From Myxococcota bacterium (lineage in GTDB: Bacteria; Myxococcota_A; UBA9160; JAFDDA01): a DNA stretch of 64,000 nt. The stretch lies in assembly GCA_965228475.1 (NCBI GenBank), contig OZ245817.1:2528001-2592000 (forward strand). The letters are read 5' to 3'. Within the stretch, counting starts at the first letter, position 1, and each line of letters opens with the position of its first letter. The position numbers and the translations under genes were made by a program. Under the pieces are notes generated by a model, which saw only the letters and a list, made by a program, of their open reading frames with translations, was not told where the DNA came from and did no database searches. Shown here in pieces: positions 53,821-62,230 of this stretch.

Positions 53821-53852
53821 GATAGTAACTTCCTTTTTGGAAGTAATCTATC
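53821..53852. promoter_or_regulatory. palindromic operator between the divergent hxlR and ECH operons
   Basis: GATAG-TA-ACTTCC-TTTTT-GGAAGT-AAT-CTATC, AT-rich, overlapping the hxlR -10 (TACTAT). Confidence 0.65.
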
Positions 53853-53898
53853 GGAAAGAGGCCGGAGGCCGTAGAATCGGCCCTCCCAAGGAGGCCCC

Positions 53899-54693
53899 GT
53901 GAGCGAAGAAGTCCTGCTCGAATCCGAAGGCGCCGTCGCCACCCTCACGCTGAACCGGCCGGACCGCCTGAACGCGATCTCCGTCCCGATGCTCGACGAG
54001 CTCGCCCGCCAGCTCGTGGAGCTCGACCGGGACCCCGCGGTCCGGGTGATCGTGCTGACCGGCGCCGGGCGGGGCTTCTGCGCCGGTCTCGACCTCCAGG
54101 ACGCGACCTCGGGCTCCGGCATCGGCAGCCCGGGCGGTGCCAAGTTCCCCCCGACCCTCGACCTCCGGGAAGCCCCGCCGACCGTCCTCCACGCCCTCGA
54201 CACGCCGACGATCTGCGCGCTGAACGGCGGCGCCGCCGGCTACGGCATGGACCTCGCGCTCGGCTGCGACATCCGGATCGCCAGCGAGAAGGCGAAGCTC
54301 GCCGCGGCCTTCACGCGGCGCGGCGTCGTGCCCGAGAGCGGCGGGACCTGGCTCCTCCCGCGGCTCGTCGGCTGGGCCAAGGCGGCGGAGATCATCTTCA
54401 CCGGCCGGACCCTCGATGCGCCGGCCTGCCTCGAGCTCGGCCTCGTGAACCAGGTCGTCCCCCAGGAGCTCCTGATGAAGGAGACGATGTCCCTCGCCCA
54501 GGAGATCGCCGAGAACGCGCCCCTGGCCGTGCAGGCCTCGAAGCGCATGATGCGCATGGCGCAGAACGAGACCTTCGACGAGCACGTCCACCACGTCTAC
54601 CTGCAGCTGATCCCGCTCTTCCAGACGAAGGACTTCCGCGAGGGACTGAAATCGTTCCTCGAGAAGCGCAAGCCGGACTTCGAGGGGCGCTAG
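53899..54693 (+). CDS. enoyl-CoA hydratase/isomerase family protein
   Basis: AAGGAGG SD; TLNRPDRLNA, GFCAGLDL, GAAGYG, PESGG, SFLEKR. Confidence 0.92.
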   Translation: MSEEVLLESEGAVATLTLNRPDRLNAISVPMLDELARQLVELDRDPAVRVIVLTGAGRGFCAGLDLQDATSGSGIGSPGGAKFPPTLDLREAPPTVLHALDTPTICALNGGAAGYGMDLALGCDIRIASEKAKLAAAFTRRGVVPESGGTWLLPRLVGWAKAAEIIFTGRTLDAPACLELGLVNQVVPQELLMKETMSLAQEIAENAPLAVQASKRMMRMAQNETFDEHVHHVYLQLIPLFQTKDFREGLKSFLEKRKPDFEGR

Positions 54694-55475
54694 TGGCCCT
54701 CGAAACCTTCAGCCAGGAGACCTTGGAGTTCGAGGGCGCCGCACGGACCGTCTACCGCGGCGGCTCCGGGCCGGCGATCGTGGTCATGCCGGAGATCCCG
54801 GGCATCACGCCCGAGGTGGCGGGCTTCGCGAAACGGCTCGTCGATGCGGGCTTCTCGATCTACCTGGCCGACCTCTTCGGGACGCCCGGCAAGCCCCTCT
54901 CCGTGCCCTACGCGCTCGGACAGATCGCCCGCGCCTGCGTGAGCCGCGAGTTCTCGGTGCTCGCCGCCCACGAGGCGAGCCCGGTCACGGACTGGCTGCG
55001 CGCCCTCTGCCGCCACGCCCATGCGGAACAGGGCGGCAAGGGCGTCGGCGCGATCGGCATGTGCATCACCGGGAACTTCGCCCTCGCGCTGATGGTCGAC
55101 GAAGCCGTCATGGCGCCGGTGCTCTCGCAGCCCTCCCTGCCCTTCGGCCTCGGCAAGGAGCGCCGAGCGGCGCTCCACGTCTCGGACGCCCAGCTCGAGA
55201 CGATCCGCACGCGCGCGCGCAACGGCTGCCCGGTGCTCGGCATGCGCTTCACCCACGACCCGATGTGCCCCGGCGAGCGCTTCGAGACGCTGCGCCAGGA
55301 GCTCGGGCCCGAAGGCTTCGAGGGGATCGAGATCGATTCGGGGCCGGGCAACCCGCACGGGATCCCGCGCATCGCGCACTCGGTCGTCACCAACGACCTC
55401 GTCGACGAGGCCGGCCACCCGACGCGGGAGGCCCTCGACCGGGTGCTCGCCTTCTTCGGGAGTCAGCTTCGCTGA
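54693..55475 (+). CDS. dienelactone hydrolase family protein
   Basis: MPEIPGITP, GAIGMCITG (Cys nucleophile), AHSVVT. Confidence 0.88.
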   Translation: MALETFSQETLEFEGAARTVYRGGSGPAIVVMPEIPGITPEVAGFAKRLVDAGFSIYLADLFGTPGKPLSVPYALGQIARACVSREFSVLAAHEASPVTDWLRALCRHAHAEQGGKGVGAIGMCITGNFALALMVDEAVMAPVLSQPSLPFGLGKERRAALHVSDAQLETIRTRARNGCPVLGMRFTHDPMCPGERFETLRQELGPEGFEGIEIDSGPGNPHGIPRIAHSVVTNDLVDEAGHPTREALDRVLAFFGSQLR

Positions 55476-55499
55476 GGGCCTGGCGCCGCCCCGGGCGCT

Positions 55500-55721
55500 C
55501 TAGTCGGCGTAGGAGGGTTCGTCGTCCCGCAGCGGCATGACGATCCACAGGATCAGGTAGACGATGATCCCCGGGAACGCGACGGACAGGACCGAGACCA
55601 GGACGAACAGCAGGCGCGTGAGGCCCGGGCTCCAGCCGAGCCAGTCGGCGAGCCCACCACAGACGCCCGCGAGCATGCGGTGCTCACGCGAGCGCAACAG
55701 TCCCTTCCGGGGTTCGGCCAT
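55500..55721 (-). CDS. PspC domain protein
   Basis: LLRSREHRMLAGVCGGLA..YLILWIVMP; GGAGGAG SD. Confidence 0.92.
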   Translation of the reverse strand: MAEPRKGLLRSREHRMLAGVCGGLADWLGWSPGLTRLLFVLVSVLSVAFPGIIVYLILWIVMPLRDDEPSYAD

Positions 55722-55810
55722 CGGATCTCCTCCAAGCAGGTCGTTCGGAGGATAGTACGCAGGGGGGCCCTCTCGGGTTCACGCCCGGAGGGAAAATTCT
55801 CTGGGGGCTC

Positions 55811-56353
55811 CTAGGCCCCTTCCCGGCTCGTGGTGATGTTCCCGCCGACCTCGGGCGGCAGGTTCATGACCTCCCGCGGAAAGTGGTCCACCAGGAACTG
55901 CACCACGTCGCGAACCGAGACGATCGCCACCGGGTGGCCGGCCTCGTTCACGACCGGGACGTGCCGGAAGCCCCCCACCGCCATCCGGTTGAGCACGAAG
56001 GCCACGCTCGTGCCGGCAAGCAGGGTGTCCGGGTTTCGCGTCATCACCTCGGCCAGCGGCAGGGTCGCCGGGTTCCGGCCGCGGTCGATGATGCGGTAGA
56101 GGACGTCCCGTTCGGTGAAGATGCCCACGAGGGGGCTCTCGTTGCCGCCCCCGTCCGTGATGAGCACGCAGCCGCGGTGCTCCTTCTGCATGGCATGCAT
56201 GGCTTCGCTCACGAACTGGTTCCGCGAGAAGACGATCGGCTCGTGCGTGGGCAGGACGCTCAGCGGCTGCTTCAGAATCGAGGCATCGAAGGAACGCTCG
56301 GAGCGGGCTCGGTCTGACGATCGCGTCGGTCGGTCGGTCATTTCGCCCCCCAT
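55811..56353 (-). CDS. CBS domain pair protein
   Basis: LVGIFTERDVL, EVMTRNP, GGFRHVPVV, IVSVRDVV; start may be 56341. Confidence 0.9.
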   Translation of the reverse strand: MGGEMTDRPTRSSDRARSERSFDASILKQPLSVLPTHEPIVFSRNQFVSEAMHAMQKEHRGCVLITDGGGNESPLVGIFTERDVLYRIIDRGRNPATLPLAEVMTRNPDTLLAGTSVAFVLNRMAVGGFRHVPVVNEAGHPVAIVSVRDVVQFLVDHFPREVMNLPPEVGGNITTSREGA

Positions 56354-56549
56354 CGTGGTTCGCTCGCCTGGATGATCCTCCGTCCGCCAAGGCCGGGGAG
56401 ACGTCCCCAGAAGGGCCCTGGAAGGCCCCACGGCCCTCGACGGCAGGCAGCCATTTTACGCCCGAGGGCCTCGTCCTGTCCACACGGACCCGCAGGCGCT
56501 CAACCTAGAGCCCCGTTTCGCCGTTGAAAACCGCGGAGACGGATTCCGC

Positions 56550-58397
56550 ATGAACCTCTACCTACTGCTCCCGCTGTTCGCCTGCCTCGCCTCGGCGATG
56601 CTGACGGTCGGGATGCTCCAGCGCGACGGGACCCACCGCGCGAACCGCATCGCCGCGGCGCTCACCTTCGGCGCGATGTTCTGGTCCCTGTGCGAAGTCC
56701 TCTGGGCGACCACGACGGACCCGGAGCTCGCCCTGCGCCTCGTGCGGATCTCCTCGGCCGGCTGGGTCGCGATGGGCCCGCTCGGGCTCCACCTCTTCCT
56801 CGAACTGACCGGAGCCACCTCGCATCGCCGCGCGGTCGGCTACCTCTACGCCACTTCCGCCGTTTTCCTCGCGATCACCCTCACGACGGACTGGATGCAC
56901 ACCGGCGTCACGCCGACGGCCTGGGGGTTCGGGTACGAGTTCGGCCCGGCCTACCCCGCCTTCTGGTGCTTTACCGTCGCATGCCTCGTGTTCGGGCTCT
57001 CCCGCGCCGTGCGCCACCTGCGAACCGCGGACTCGCCCGCGGAGCGCTCCCAGGCCACCTGGATCATCGTCGGCGTGACCGTTCCGCTCTGCACGGCCTC
57101 GATCACCGACGGCATCCTCCCGCTCCTCGGGATCCAGGTGCCCCGCCTCGGGACGGCCTCCTTCGCCTTCCTCGGCGGCACCATCCTGTGGAGCTTCTAT
57201 CGCTACGGCTACACGTTGCTCGCCCCCGGCCACTTCGCCCGGGAGATCCTCGCGACCCAGAGCGACGGCGTAGCGCTGCTCTGGCTCGACGGCCGGGTGC
57301 GCTGGGCGAACCCCGGCCTCGCGCGTCTCGTCGGGCGCTCGGTCGCCGTCCTCGAGGGGATGGACATGTCCGCGCGGCTCCCCGGAGTCCCCCTCGACGC
57401 GGGCACCCCCGTCGATGCCCTCGAGTGCGACCTCGTGCAGGACACCGAGGACGTGGCCGCGGTCTCCGCCTCGACCTCGGTCCTGCGGGACAAGCAGGGC
57501 CTGCCGCTCGGCCTGGTGCTCGTGCTCCGCGACCTCCGGGAGGTCGCGGCCCTTCGCTCGCGCCTCGTCACCTCGGGCCGCCTCGCCGCCGTCGGCGAGC
57601 TCGCGGCGGGCGTCGCCCACGAGATCAACAACCCGATCGCCTACGTCCGTGCGAACCTCGGCCTCCTCGGCGACGTGCTCGACAAGCTCGACGGTCCGAG
57701 CGACGCGGACGATCGCAGCGCGCCCCTCGCGGAAGGCCGGGAACTCCTCGAGGAATCGCTCGACGGCGTGGATCGCGTCGCGAACATCGTGCGCGACATC
57801 CGCGGCTTCGCCCACCAGGGTGCCGGTCGCCACGAAGAGATCGACCTCAACGCCTTGCTCGACTCCGTCGTGCGCGTGGCCACGCCCCACCTGAAAGAGG
57901 TCCGGATCGAACGCCGCTTCGAAGCCGGGCTCACCGTCGAAGCCTCCGCCCCAGAGCTCCAGCAGGTGTTCCTGAACCTCGTGGTGAACGCCGCGCAGGC
58001 CCTCCCGGAGGCGGGAACGATCCAGCTCGCCACGGAACGCGACGGCGAGTGGATCATCGCGTCGGTCGAAGACGATGGCGGGGGGATCGCCCCGGAGATC
58101 GTCGAGCGGATCTTCGACCCGTTCTTCACGACCAAGCCCGTCGGCGAAGGCTGTGGACTCGGCCTCGCCATCGCCTACCAGATCGTGCGCAAGCACGACG
58201 GCGACCTGCAGGTCCGCTCAAACCCGGGCGAAGGAACGCGCTTCAGCGTCCGCCTCCCGGCGGGCGCACCCCAGCGCGACGGCGAAACCTCACCCGGTCA
58301 CGAGTCCGAGGGCTCGCCCGGCGGACGGCCCTCGAGCAGCACCTCCGTGAGCCAGGGGTCGAGCTTCACGCCGGGGGCCGCGCGCAAGGGCTCGTAG
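56550..58397 (+). CDS. sensor histidine kinase (7TM N-terminus, PAS-like, HisKA, HATPase)
   Basis: About seven hydrophobic segments, GVAHEINNP, QVFLNLVVNA, EDDGGGI, FDPFFTTK, GCGLGL. Confidence 0.92.
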   Translation: MNLYLLLPLFACLASAMLTVGMLQRDGTHRANRIAAALTFGAMFWSLCEVLWATTTDPELALRLVRISSAGWVAMGPLGLHLFLELTGATSHRRAVGYLYATSAVFLAITLTTDWMHTGVTPTAWGFGYEFGPAYPAFWCFTVACLVFGLSRAVRHLRTADSPAERSQATWIIVGVTVPLCTASITDGILPLLGIQVPRLGTASFAFLGGTILWSFYRYGYTLLAPGHFAREILATQSDGVALLWLDGRVRWANPGLARLVGRSVAVLEGMDMSARLPGVPLDAGTPVDALECDLVQDTEDVAAVSASTSVLRDKQGLPLGLVLVLRDLREVAALRSRLVTSGRLAAVGELAAGVAHEINNPIAYVRANLGLLGDVLDKLDGPSDADDRSAPLAEGRELLEESLDGVDRVANIVRDIRGFAHQGAGRHEEIDLNALLDSVVRVATPHLKEVRIERRFEAGLTVEASAPELQQVFLNLVVNAAQALPEAGTIQLATERDGEWIIASVEDDGGGIAPEIVERIFDPFFTTKPVGEGCGLGLAIAYQIVRKHDGDLQVRSNPGEGTRFSVRLPAGAPQRDGETSPGHESEGSPGGRPSSSTSVSQGSSFTPGAARKGS

Positions 58398-60067
58398 CCC
58401 TCTTCCCGCAGGGCCTCCGCGAAGGTCCCGACGGCGCCATCGGTGATGCCGAACCCGCGCAGCGCCTGGGCGACCAGATCGATCGTGCTCTCGAACTCCT
58501 CGGCCACGATCCCGCTCGCGCCGGCTTCGTAGAGCGCATCGGCTTCACCGATGTAGCGGGTCCGGGCGAGCACGCGGACGTTCGGCGTCATGCCCCGGAT
58601 CGTCCCGACGACGTTTCGCGTCGCGTGGGAGTCCGTCGTGGCGACGACCACGAGCCGAGCGTTCTCGACGCCGACCCGCTCGAGCAGCGGACGACGGGTC
58701 GCGTCGCCGAACACCACGGGGTGACCGTCCTCGCTGGCCTGCCGCACGGTACGCGCGTTCGAATCGATGGCGACGTGTTCGATGCCGATCGCCTCCAGCA
58801 CGCGCGCGAGCGCCTGCCCGGCCAGGCCGTAGCCGATGATCACGACGTGCCCGCCCCGGCGCGGCGAACCGGCCCGCTCACGCGGCGCGATCCGGTCCGA
58901 GCCGCGCGCCAGCCAGCCCGCCACGCTCGGCGCGGCCTGCATGAGGAACGGGGTCGCCACCAGCGTGAGCACCGAGCCCGCGAGGAAGATCTGTTCGACG
59001 CGCGCATCGAGCAGCCCGGCCGTTCCTGCAGCCGCCGCCAGCACGAAGGAGAACTCCCCGGTCTGGGCGAGGGTCAGGCCGGAGAGCACCCCCACCCGCA
59101 CGCCGAGCCGGAGGAGCAGCGTCACGAGCAGCATGACGAGCCCGGCCTTCAAGACCACGACGCCCGCGACGTACCCGAGGACCTCCGCCGCGTTGGCGAC
59201 GGCCGCGCCCGGGTCGAAGAGCATCCCGACCGCGGTGAAGAAGAGCCCGAGCAGAACGCCCCGGAGCGTCACGACCTCGGCGAACAGGGCATGGGCGTAG
59301 CGCGAGGTCGCCGTCACGAGGCCGGCGACGAAGGCGCCCACGGCGAGGGTCAGCCCCGCCTGCTCGGCCAGCCACGCGGAGCCGAGCACGAGCAGGAGCG
59401 CGACGAGGCTGAACAGGTCGCGGGAGGGCTGCTGCGCCACCCGGTCGAGCGTGGCGGGGAGGACGAACCAGGCGACGGCCACGAAGCCCACCAGCGCCAG
59501 GCCCGCGCGCCCGAGCTCGAGCATGAAGGCCGACGGCGCCGCCGCGGCATCGCTCGCGAGAAGCGGCACGGCCAGCAGGAACGGCACGATGCACAGGTCC
59601 TGGAAGAGCAGGATTCCCACCGAGACCTGGCCGTGGGGCGCGTCGATCGAGCCCTGCTCCGAGAGCAGCCGGATCACGAGCGCCGTACTCGACATCGCGA
59701 CGAGGGCCCCGAGGACGAGCGCCGTCTCCCCGCGCATGCCGAGCGCACTCGCCGCGCCGGCGACGGCCGCGACGGTCAGCGCGACCTGGAGCCCGCCCGC
59801 GAGGAACGTCTCCTTCCAGAGGCCGCGCAGACGGTCCACCGGAAGCTCGAGCCCGATCTCGAACAGGAGGAAGACGACCCCGAACTCGGCGAGCGCCCGG
59901 ACGCGCTCCGGGTCCGAGACCAGGCCGAGGCCGCCGGGCCCGACGAGAGTTCCCGTCAGCAGGAAGCCCGCCACCGAGGGCAGGCCGAGGCGCTCGAAGA
60001 CCGCGACGCCCACGGCCGCGACCGCCACCAGCAGCAGAAGCTGGGAGAGCAGCTCCCCTTCGTGCAA
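58298..60067 (-). CDS. CPA2 (Kef-type) cation:proton antiporter with KTN domain
   Basis: AEFGVVFLLFEIGLE, SSTALV, LLFQDL, AQTGEFSFV, GHVVIIGYG, FGDAT. Confidence 0.92.
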   Translation of the reverse strand: MHEGELLSQLLLLVAVAAVGVAVFERLGLPSVAGFLLTGTLVGPGGLGLVSDPERVRALAEFGVVFLLFEIGLELPVDRLRGLWKETFLAGGLQVALTVAAVAGAASALGMRGETALVLGALVAMSSTALVIRLLSEQGSIDAPHGQVSVGILLFQDLCIVPFLLAVPLLASDAAAAPSAFMLELGRAGLALVGFVAVAWFVLPATLDRVAQQPSRDLFSLVALLLVLGSAWLAEQAGLTLAVGAFVAGLVTATSRYAHALFAEVVTLRGVLLGLFFTAVGMLFDPGAAVANAAEVLGYVAGVVVLKAGLVMLLVTLLLRLGVRVGVLSGLTLAQTGEFSFVLAAAAGTAGLLDARVEQIFLAGSVLTLVATPFLMQAAPSVAGWLARGSDRIAPRERAGSPRRGGHVVIIGYGLAGQALARVLEAIGIEHVAIDSNARTVRQASEDGHPVVFGDATRRPLLERVGVENARLVVVATTDSHATRNVVGTIRGMTPNVRVLARTRYIGEADALYEAGASGIVAEEFESTIDLVAQALRGFGITDGAVGTFAEALREEGYEPLRAAPGVKLDPWLTEVLLEGRPPGEPSDS

Positions 60068-60124
60068 CGCGACCCCCTCTCGCGACGCCGTGGACCGTGC
60101 CGCGCCGCCCGGCGCGCGAGATGA

Positions 60125-61168
60125 CTACCAGCGGGTGATGTCGCCGTGGCTGTCGGCCACGGGGACGGAACGCATCCAGAGCTGCGAGGCCCACCAGGAC
60201 TCGTTCTCGCGGTACCAGGCGACGGTCCGCGCGAGGCCCTCTTCCAAACCGATGCTCGCTTCGAAGCCGAGCTGCTGGCTCGCCTTCTTCGTGCCGGCCC
60301 GGTGGAGCGCGACCTGGCCCGGGCGATCGGGGCCGTGGACCACGCGCGAAGCGCTTCCCTCGGTCAGGGCGAGCACCCGCTCGGCCAGCGTCATCACGTC
60401 CGCCGCGACGCCGGTCCCGACGTTGAAGACCTCGCCCCGGACGTCGGCGATCGGCGCCGCGAGCACCCGCTCGACGGCATCGCAGGTGTCGTCCACGTAG
60501 ACCCAATCGCGGGCGGCGCGGCCGTCGCCGTGCACCGTCAGCGGCTCGCCGCGCAGCGCGCTCGTCACGAAGCGGGGGATCAGCTTCTCGAGGTGCTGGC
60601 CCGGGCCGTAGTTGTTGAAGGGGCGGAGGATCACCGTCGGCAGGTCGTAGGTATGGGCGAAGGACGAGACCAGCCGGTCGGCCCCGCACTTGGCCGCCGC
60701 GTAGGGCGTGCGCGGATCGAGCGGATGGCTCTCGTCCATGGGGTCGACGATGGCGCTCCCGTAGACCTCCGAGGAGGAGACGTGGACGAAGCGGTCGAGG
60801 CGTTCGCGGTGGCGGACGAGCTGGGCCGTCAGCGTCTGGGTGCCGAGCACGTCGGTCTCGAAGAAGATCAGGTTGTCCGAGATGCTGCGCGGAACGTGGG
60901 TCTCGGCGGCGAAGTGGACGACGGCGTCCGAGCGCGAAACCAGCGCGTCGACCAGGACCGGGCTGCGCACGCTTCCGTGCACGAACTCGAGACGCCCCGT
61001 CGCCGCTGCGGCCGTGAGCCCTTCGAGCCGGCCGGCGTAGGTGAGCGCGTCGAGCACGATGATCCGGTCTTCGGCGTGGTTCTCGAGGTAGCGCGTGACG
61101 AAACGCGAGCCGATGAAACCCGCTCCGCCGGTCACCAGCAGTGTGCGCCCCGATGTCGACTCGCTCAT
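60125..61168 (-). CDS. dTDP-glucose 4,6-dehydratase-like extended SDR
   Basis: LVTGGAGFIGS, DALTYAG, HFAAETHV, SSSEVYG, YAAAK, NNYGPGQH.EKLIP, RDWVYV. Confidence 0.9.
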   Translation of the reverse strand: MSESTSGRTLLVTGGAGFIGSRFVTRYLENHAEDRIIVLDALTYAGRLEGLTAAAATGRLEFVHGSVRSPVLVDALVSRSDAVVHFAAETHVPRSISDNLIFFETDVLGTQTLTAQLVRHRERLDRFVHVSSSEVYGSAIVDPMDESHPLDPRTPYAAAKCGADRLVSSFAHTYDLPTVILRPFNNYGPGQHLEKLIPRFVTSALRGEPLTVHGDGRAARDWVYVDDTCDAVERVLAAPIADVRGEVFNVGTGVAADVMTLAERVLALTEGSASRVVHGPDRPGQVALHRAGTKKASQQLGFEASIGLEEGLARTVAWYRENESWWASQLWMRSVPVADSHGDITRW

Positions 61169-62133
61169 CTTCGCCCTGACTCCGTGCCGGCCCTCTCGGG
61201 GGCTCGCATCCCACCCGCTCCCGCAGCGGCCGTCACCTCCTCGAGGGCGTTGGCGTATCCGCTGCCGTCGGCCAGACGCCAATCTTCGCAATTCGCGCAC
61301 GGCCCCGCATCGGCGAAGCGGCCCTCCTTGTGGGCTCGCCGGCGCCGTTCGAGTTCGGCTCCGCGCCAGATCGCCTCGATCGTGGCGTCCGGATCCTCGG
61401 CGAGGCTCCCGAGCGGGGCCGCAGCGTCCCAGTCGGCGCCGCACATCGTGACGGTTCCGTCCTGGAGCACCATCAGGGATTCGAAGAGCCAGCGGCACGG
61501 CGGCCGGGCGTTTCCCAGCGGAGGCCGTGCCTCCGCAATGGCGCCGCCGAACGGCGCGGGGGCGATCGTCATGACGAAGTCTTCGCTCCCGAGATCGGCG
61601 CGCCAGCCTCCCACCAGTTCCGCCAGGCGCGCTTCGACCTCGGGGGTGCGCATGAACTGGATCGAGGTGACCGGCTTGCGCAGGCCCCGCTCCCGCTTGC
61701 GGGCGAGGAAGGCCCGGACGTTGCGATCGACGCGCTCGAAGTGGTCACGCCCGCGCATCTCGCGGTAACCGGCGCGGTCGTCGGCATCGAGAGAGCACTC
61801 GAGCCGGTCGAGGCCGCTCTCGAGGAGCGCATCCACCACCGGGCCGCGCAGGGAGACCCCGTTGGTCGAGAGCCCGACCGACGCCACCCCGGCTTCCTTG
61901 GCCGTCCGGACCATCCCGACGAGGCCCCGGTGAAGGAGCGGCTCCCCGAGGAAATGCAGCCAGAGCGAGGTGTCGTGCTGCGCGCACTCCCGCGCCACGC
62001 GGGCGAAGAGCTCCGGGTCCATGAAGCCGAGCGGGCGCGTGAAGCCCTGCCGCGGACACAGCCGACACCGCTGGTTGCAGTGGTTCGTCGGCTCGACGTT
62101 GATCCGGCGCGGGAAGGGCAAGGGAGTGGACAC
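61165..62133 (-). CDS. radical SAM protein with SPASM/twitch domain
   Basis: CNQRCRLC, GEPLLH, STNG, C-terminal CRWL..DGTVTMCGAD..CANC; GTG start 62133 (alternative ATG 62151). Confidence 0.9.
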   Translation of the reverse strand: MSTPLPFPRRINVEPTNHCNQRCRLCPRQGFTRPLGFMDPELFARVARECAQHDTSLWLHFLGEPLLHRGLVGMVRTAKEAGVASVGLSTNGVSLRGPVVDALLESGLDRLECSLDADDRAGYREMRGRDHFERVDRNVRAFLARKRERGLRKPVTSIQFMRTPEVEARLAELVGGWRADLGSEDFVMTIAPAPFGGAIAEARPPLGNARPPCRWLFESLMVLQDGTVTMCGADWDAAAPLGSLAEDPDATIEAIWRGAELERRRRAHKEGRFADAGPCANCEDWRLADGSGYANALEEVTAAAGAGGMRAPERAGTESGRR

Positions 62134-62230
62134 GGCGCCCGATGGTATCATCGCCGGGACGGCGCCGAATGAGCGGCAAGACTCGCACGAGGAATCGCCG
62201 CGCAAGCGGCAACCCGTGCGCAGGAGAACG

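Noticed and set aside
56505..56519. CTAGAGCCCCGTTTC as a second copy of the MITE end
   Set aside because: Short partial match with no partner inverted repeat nearby
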